DNA of 30,381 bases, counting the filler, from an uncultured Methanosarcinales archaeon (GTDB lineage Archaea; Nanobdellota; Nanobdellia; Woesearchaeales; CAXGTL01): assembly GCA_964535955.1 (NCBI GenBank). It is 7 parts of 7 records of this genome, joined end to end, with 100 filler letters (N's around TTAATTAATTAA, not from the genome) between each part and the next. Parts side by side here need not be neighbours in the genome. Positions count along the whole stretch, not along the records: positions 25,186 to 28,073 come from CAZHVK010000029.1; positions 28,174 to 30,381 come from CAZHVK010000030.1; 5 more parts are not named here. The stretch is one strand, 5' to 3'. A program made the position numbers and the translations under genes. Under the pieces are notes generated by a model. The model saw only the letters and a list, made by a program, of their open reading frames with translations. It did not search any database and was not told where the DNA came from. Positions 25,186 through 30,381 of this stretch are shown piece after piece; position 1 is the stretch's first letter; the number at the start of each line of letters is the position of its first letter.

Positions 25186-28073
25186 TACCTAATTCAGTTG
25201 CATGACATTGTCCTTGTTGTTCTGATGTGCATTCACAACACTGTGCAACACATTCACCATCTTTATTAACAAAATCATCTGTAGAACTACAACATGCATA
25301 AATATTTTCTGAAACACCATCACATCTATTAGAATTATAAATCTGATCATCATCACCACAACAATAACCATTTTCTTGATTCTCATCAAATGTATCACAA
25401 ACTTCTATTCCTGCACCACACATAGAACTAGTCCATACACAATTTTTTTCATAACATTGACTTTCAGTATCAACAGGTGCAAACTTTTTACCATAAATAC
25501 TACTCATAGATCCATCTTGTTTATCACTCTTCCATACAACAACATAATCATCTAATGAATTCATAACAATGCTTGGATATTGTTGGGAATTACTAGTATA
25601 TGTATTAACAACAAATTCTTCACCAACTTTATTTCCATCTGAATCAAACTTTTGTGCATATATTTCTATTGGTTTATATCTTCCAGCAGGCCCTCCACTC
25701 CATGTAACAATAAAATTACCATCATCATCCATTGAAACATCAGGACTAATATGATTACCAGGAGACAATGTATTTATTTTAAATTCACCACCTATTTTAC
25801 TTCCATCTGCACCAAACCTTTGACCATAAATACCACGAGTATCATCACCTTGACTTTCACTTTGCCAAACAATCACAAAATTACCTTGAGAATCCATTGC
25901 AATTGATGGGTATGTCTGTGCCCACTCTGTATGAGTATTAACACTTATCTCAGGACCAATTTTAACACCTTGTGAATTAAGTCTTTGAGCAGTAATTCCT
26001 TGATAAGAACCATCATTTCTATCCATCCAAGCAACTACAAAACTATCATCACCATTTGATACAATTGAAGGAGATTTAGCAGAATTTTCTTTACTTATTC
26101 TAAACTCTCCACCTAATTTATTACCAACAGAGTCAAACAATTGTCCATAAACACCAGGATTATCACCATAAACATAACTATCCCATACAACAATAAACAA
26201 ACCATTGCTTAATGTTGCAACATCAGGACTTGTTTGTTCATCCTCAGTATATGTATTAACCCTAAACTCTTTACCAGTTTTTCTTCCATCACTAAGATAT
26301 CTTTGACCAAAAACATCCCAAGATTTGCCCCAAAACTGCCATACAACAACAAAATCACCATTATCATTTGTTGCCACTGCAGCAAACCTAGGTTTACTAG
26401 TATAAGCATCAAATACATGTGAATGTACTTTAAACTGTGCACCAACCTTATCACCATTAGCATAAAACCTTTGACCAAAAATACCTTCATTATCAATAGG
26501 TGCTTGAGAACTATCCCAAACAACAACAAAACTACCATCATTTGCCATAGAAATATCTGGATCTGATTGTAATTTTTCACTATAAGTATTTACTTTAAAT
26601 TCTTCAGGATCTTCTGCAACAGGACTTACACATAACTCAGTACTACTGTCAGGATCACAATTTTCATCAATCTTGTCATCACAATCATCATTAATATTAT
26701 CACATGTTGAATCATCAACAGACAATGCCTGTCCAGGAACAGCATTACATTCAGCACTTAAACCATCATTTGAACAAACATTAACACCAGATGACTCGCA
26801 CACACCTAAACCATTTGTACAAGCTTCACCTAAATCAAATCCTTCATCAATCACACCATCACAATCTTCATCAATTCCATCACATGCTGATTCAGAATCA
26901 ACATCTACAATATCAACATAATTACATCCATCACATCTTTTGCTAACCAATGTTGCATGACACTGTCCTGATTGTTCTTCAGTACATTCACAACGTGAAG
27001 GACATTGTATTGTTGGTGCAGTTTCATCACCAGAATCTGTAGCAAGTTCACTATCACCACTACCAACACTGCTACCTAAACCAGTTGCTTCATAATTCTG
27101 TTTGATCTCATCACCACTCAAAGCCTTGTTATAGATCATGACTTCATCTATTATTCCATCACAATAATGAACCCAAGAATTACCAATCCTAGTAGACTGT
27201 TCATTTGTATAACTGTTTATATTCGCCCAATTAGAATAAGCAACTGTTAAAGGAGACCCATCAAGATAAATCCTAAAACCATTATCATTACTTACAATTC
27301 CAACATGATGCCAAGTATCCAATGAAATAGGAGTATTACTATGCGCACTAGCACCAGATACTAAAGGATCATTAGAATAAGCAATATATCCTATACCAGT
27401 TCCAGTTATATATGTTTGGTAACCATGCCCTCCAGCTTTTAAATTTCCTATAAGAGGACATTTATTTAGTGAATTTAATTTAACCCGAGCAATTTGTGAA
27501 TATTCACTTTGTGGATACCAGTCAGAGAATTCATTACCTAAATCAATATAATCATCAACACCATCAAACTCAAATGCTTTTCCAACTATGCCATCAACAA
27601 AAGTTGCACCATCATTTGTTCCATGATTATCATTATCACTATGATCATTTTCATCTTCATCAAAAGGATAATATGCAACTAATCCATCTTTAACATAAGT
27701 TAATTCTGGTTCACTAGAAGAACCATCTTCACCAACTTTAACAATAACTTTCTTAACTTCAGACAATTCACTTTCTTCATCTTCAACAACACAATAATAT
27801 TCATATTCACCATCTTCATCAGGGTATTCAAATGAACAATCCAATGAATAAGGTGATTCAGAATTAGTAGTACATTTATAATTAGTAGAAGATACATCTT
27901 CAGAATCACTGCAATACATTGTTAATGTATCATCATTAACATCAGACACTTCTAATGGACTTATCACAAGAACTTGTTCACACGCACCAGCAAGATTAGT
28001 TAAATAAGGTGCTTGATTACAACCTTCATTTACTTTATCATCACAATTATTATCTAAATTATCTTCACAATTT
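25186..28073 (-). CDS. Internal fragment of a giant surface protein: MopE-like DxxCDGxxDE repeats, LamG/ConA-like domain, repeated beta-propeller-like blades
   Basis: Whole contig is one open frame. LDNNCDDKVNEGC, CDGIDEDCDGVIDEG, GLVAYYPFDE...AFEFDGVDDYI...WHHV...GIIDEVMIYNKALS, and about seven EFxVNT...P...GxFVVVW...GQRF repeats. Confidence 0.9.
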
Positions 28074-28173
28074 NNNNNNNNNNNNNNNNNNNNNNNNNNN
28101 NNNNNNNNNNNNNNNNNTTAATTAATTAANNNNNNNNNNNNNNNNNNNNNNNNNNNNNNNNNNNNNNNNNNNN
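28074..28173. other. Artificial contig linker
   Basis: N44-TTAATTAATTAA-N44. Confidence 0.98.
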
Positions 28174-28241
28174 GTAGCATTTTTAGTACCATTTCTTTGT
28201 CCCAGCTCTATTTATAGAATCGTAACCTTTAATATTATGAG

Positions 28242-28439
28242 ATGACAGATAAACATTTACTTGGAATCAGAATCACAAAAGAACAAAGGCAAATCTTAGA
28301 AGCCAAAGCAAATAGCTGTGGCTTTGTGCAATTAAGTGATTATGTAAGATATGTTTTGTTTGTTCAAAAATCATTTCTTGAAAAAATAGATCAAATTCAC
28401 AAAAAGGTAGTTGAAAATGCAGAAGAACAAAATCAATAG
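28242..28439 (+). CDS. Ribbon-helix-helix (CopG/MobC-like) DNA-binding protein
   Basis: LLGIRITKEQRQILEAKANSCGFVQLSDYVR: strand-helix-G-x-x-LSDYVR pattern. Confidence 0.75.
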   Translation: MTDKHLLGIRITKEQRQILEAKANSCGFVQLSDYVRYVLFVQKSFLEKIDQIHKKVVENAEEQNQ

Positions 28440-28599
28440 ATCACATACCATATCCTGTTCGGATGAACTGATTGAATTAGTTGAAAGAGTAACCAAAAAA
28501 CAAATCACAACTTCTGCCTACATAAGAATGGCTGTGATAAAACAACTAGAAAGAGATTTGGGTTTTAATCCTTTTGATAATAAATTTTACACACGATAA
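28417..28599 (+). CDS. Second small ribbon-helix-helix protein
   Basis: SHTISCSDELIELVE...TTSAYIRMAV; overlaps the upstream RHH gene; ATG at 28417. Confidence 0.7.
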   Translation: MQKNKINRSHTISCSDELIELVERVTKKQITTSAYIRMAVIKQLERDLGFNPFDNKFYTR

Positions 28600-28809
28600 C
28601 TCACTTGTTAATCATCTATTTTAAAGAGCGTTAACTTATAATTGTTAGGTGTTAATGATGCAATGTCTAGTATGTGAGAAAACCATAAACAATGGGGAAC
28701 TTTGTTTTCAGTGTTATGTGTTTATGGTAAGAAAATATAGAAAACCAGAGCTGTTTGAAAAAGTCCTGTCTTTTTACAGGAAGGAACAAAGGCATGGGGG
28801 TGGGAAAAA

Positions 28810-29133
28810 ATGAATAAGCTGGCCTTGATTTTAATGCTGGTATTATTGGCAGTCCCAATGGTATATGCAGCAGACTTCGATGACGAGATTGACGACGATG
28901 ATAAGGCCACATTTGACCAGATATTAGAGCCTGTTATGAGGGTGTACAATTTTGTTAAGTACACTGCAACAGTCTTGGCAGTTGTTTTTCTGGTCTTTGC
29001 AGGAATAAGTTTTGTGGCATCTGGGAGCAACCCAAAGCAGAGAGAACAATCAAAAGCAATGATAATGTACATAGTGATTGGGTTAATTGTAATTTGGGCT
29101 GCACCTTTAGTCGTGCAGTATTTGCTGGGATGA
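28810..29133 (+). CDS. TrbC/VirB2-like pilin
   Basis: Signal peptide ending VYAA; two hydrophobic helices separated by ASGSNPKQREQSKAMI; GLIVIWAAPLVV. Confidence 0.8.
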   Translation: MNKLALILMLVLLAVPMVYAADFDDEIDDDDKATFDQILEPVMRVYNFVKYTATVLAVVFLVFAGISFVASGSNPKQREQSKAMIMYIVIGLIVIWAAPLVVQYLLG

Positions 29134-30251
29134 AATCAATAATCTGGGGAGTAATAATTTTATTGTTACTCCCCTCAGCATTTGCAATTTGTGATAAAGT
29201 TGAGAATAAAGAATTGTGCGAGCAAATCTTTAACTCTGACTTATCACAAGAATATCTTAATGAGTTAGTTGCAGATATGATTTATTATGGTCATAATTTT
29301 CCAAATCATAATGTGATTTCTGATTGGAATAGGGTTATTGAATTTACTGATCCTCCTGTTGGAGTTGGTTCTATTGATAAAAGATTTATAAAAAATGCTT
29401 GGATGAAAATTGTTAATGTAAATCCTTCTGTTAAAATAGGTGAGAATCTTTACACTATTAAACATCCTCGACTGATTGTAGGTTATAATTATGATCTTGA
29501 GATTCCACCTAATTATTATTCAAGAGGTTATCCTGAAAGAAATAATGGAGATTGTAAAACAACTTATTCTTTAATTAGTCAGAATGATGCTTTTGATAAA
29601 AATGGGTTAAAAGCAGAATATGGGGTAAATGCAAAGGTTCAGGTTAAACATTACAAGTGGAGAAGATATTGTTGTGACAGATGGGATGGTGAATGTGTTG
29701 AGTATTGCAGAAAATGCAGTTATAGATCAACTGAGAATGTTAATGAAAATGTTGTGATTAAAGATGAAGTTGAAGCTTCTGTTCTACCAAGTGAATTAGA
29801 TTATTCTTTTAGTATTGTTGACAGTTATCACGGTACAACAAAAGGGAAATTAAATGCTGAGAATTACACTAATTTAAAATTAAGTTTTAAGAATTCTGAA
29901 TATGTTCATTCAAAATACTCTTTTAGTGCAGAAGCTTCATTATCCCCTTATTATGTATTACAATTAAAAGCTGAGCCTAAAGAAATAAACAAAATTGACA
30001 ATATGTTTTTTAGTAATAATAGTTTTTATGTCGCTGATGATTCAGATTGTAAATTAGTTGTTTCTGATTTTTTCAGAACTATTGAAGAAGACTGTGACAT
30101 GACACTTTATGAAGAAGAGGTTGCTAAGTTTATTGCTAAAGAATTTGAAAAAGATAAATTAATGTTTTTTTTGAAGCTAATTGTATTTTTTATTATTTGT
30201 TGGTTGATTTATTCAGCAATGGTTGGAGCAACTAAGAAGTATAGGTTTTGA
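29130..30251 (+). CDS. Membrane-anchored extracellular hypothetical protein
   Basis: ATGA coupling to the pilin stop (ATG 29130), signal peptide MKSIIWGVIILLLLPSAFA, CC-x5-C-x3-CxxC cluster, C-terminal TM helix with basic tail. Confidence 0.85.
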   Translation: MKSIIWGVIILLLLPSAFAICDKVENKELCEQIFNSDLSQEYLNELVADMIYYGHNFPNHNVISDWNRVIEFTDPPVGVGSIDKRFIKNAWMKIVNVNPSVKIGENLYTIKHPRLIVGYNYDLEIPPNYYSRGYPERNNGDCKTTYSLISQNDAFDKNGLKAEYGVNAKVQVKHYKWRRYCCDRWDGECVEYCRKCSYRSTENVNENVVIKDEVEASVLPSELDYSFSIVDSYHGTTKGKLNAENYTNLKLSFKNSEYVHSKYSFSAEASLSPYYVLQLKAEPKEINKIDNMFFSNNSFYVADDSDCKLVVSDFFRTIEEDCDMTLYEEEVAKFIAKEFEKDKLMFFLKLIVFFIICWLIYSAMVGATKKYRF

Positions 30252-30259
30252 TAAATAAA

Positions 30260-30381
30260 TTATATTAAATCTAAATCTTTTACTTTTAAATCCAAGTCTT
30301 TAATAATCCCTCTATATCTATTAACGGGATTGAATTCTTCATCAGTCATTTTTGTTATATCCTTGCCAGAGATCTCATCTC
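30260..30381 (-). CDS. C-terminal fragment of a hypothetical protein entering from beyond the window
   Basis: Open frame ...DEISGKDITKMTDEEFNPVNRYRGIIKDLDLKVKDLDLI* converging on the 29130-30251 gene. Confidence 0.55.
   Translation of the reverse strand, partial: DEISGKDITKMTDEEFNPVNRYRGIIKDLDLKVKDLDLI

Noticed and set aside
7279..28173. TTAATTAATTAA palindromes inside N runs as biological repeats; ORF-track proteins running into X residues
   Set aside because: Six identical 100-nt linkers added when contigs were concatenated; stops such as '...LIN*' are artefacts and adjacency across them is not evidence of linkage.
2863..29465. Short antisense or alternate-frame ORFs in the track (e.g. 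2863-3069, 4393-4695, 5793-6158, 8741-9013, 15981-16403, 26209-26580, 28722-29072, 29265-29465)
   Set aside because: They lie within well-supported genes, have shadow-ORF composition and show no motifs.

Overview
AT-rich archaeal DNA, most consistent with a DPANN archaeon (Woesearchaeota-like). This call rests on the archaeal-type 23S rRNA, BRE/TATA promoters, a tandem Lrp regulator and Cys-rich surface proteins. The window is seven contig pieces joined by six artificial 100-nt linkers (N44-TTAATTAATTAA-N44), so gene order across linkers is not biological. Contig 1 (1-7278) is the most interesting. It holds the 3' part of a 23S rRNA with a 41-nt bulge-helix-bulge intron, a bacterial-type RluB/RsuA pseudouridine synthase and a divergent double-Lrp regulator. 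It also holds an operon-like unit of three related structured ncRNAs (Y RNA/YrlA-like), an Rnl2-family ATP-dependent RNA ligase and a Ro60/TROVE protein, i.e. a candidate archaeal Ro60-Y RNA-RNA ligase system. The other contigs carry mutL, a toxin-antitoxin-like pair, two radical SAM proteins, a Xer-like recombinase with upstream repeats, a GNAT/DUF2156 cluster containing a k-turn-bearing inverted-repeat element and a G-rich tract, large secreted proteases and adhesins (zincin/M64-like, C25 gingipain-like, LamG), and an RHH-RHH-VirB2-like pilin locus. All family calls come from motifs read by eye; no database searches were run.
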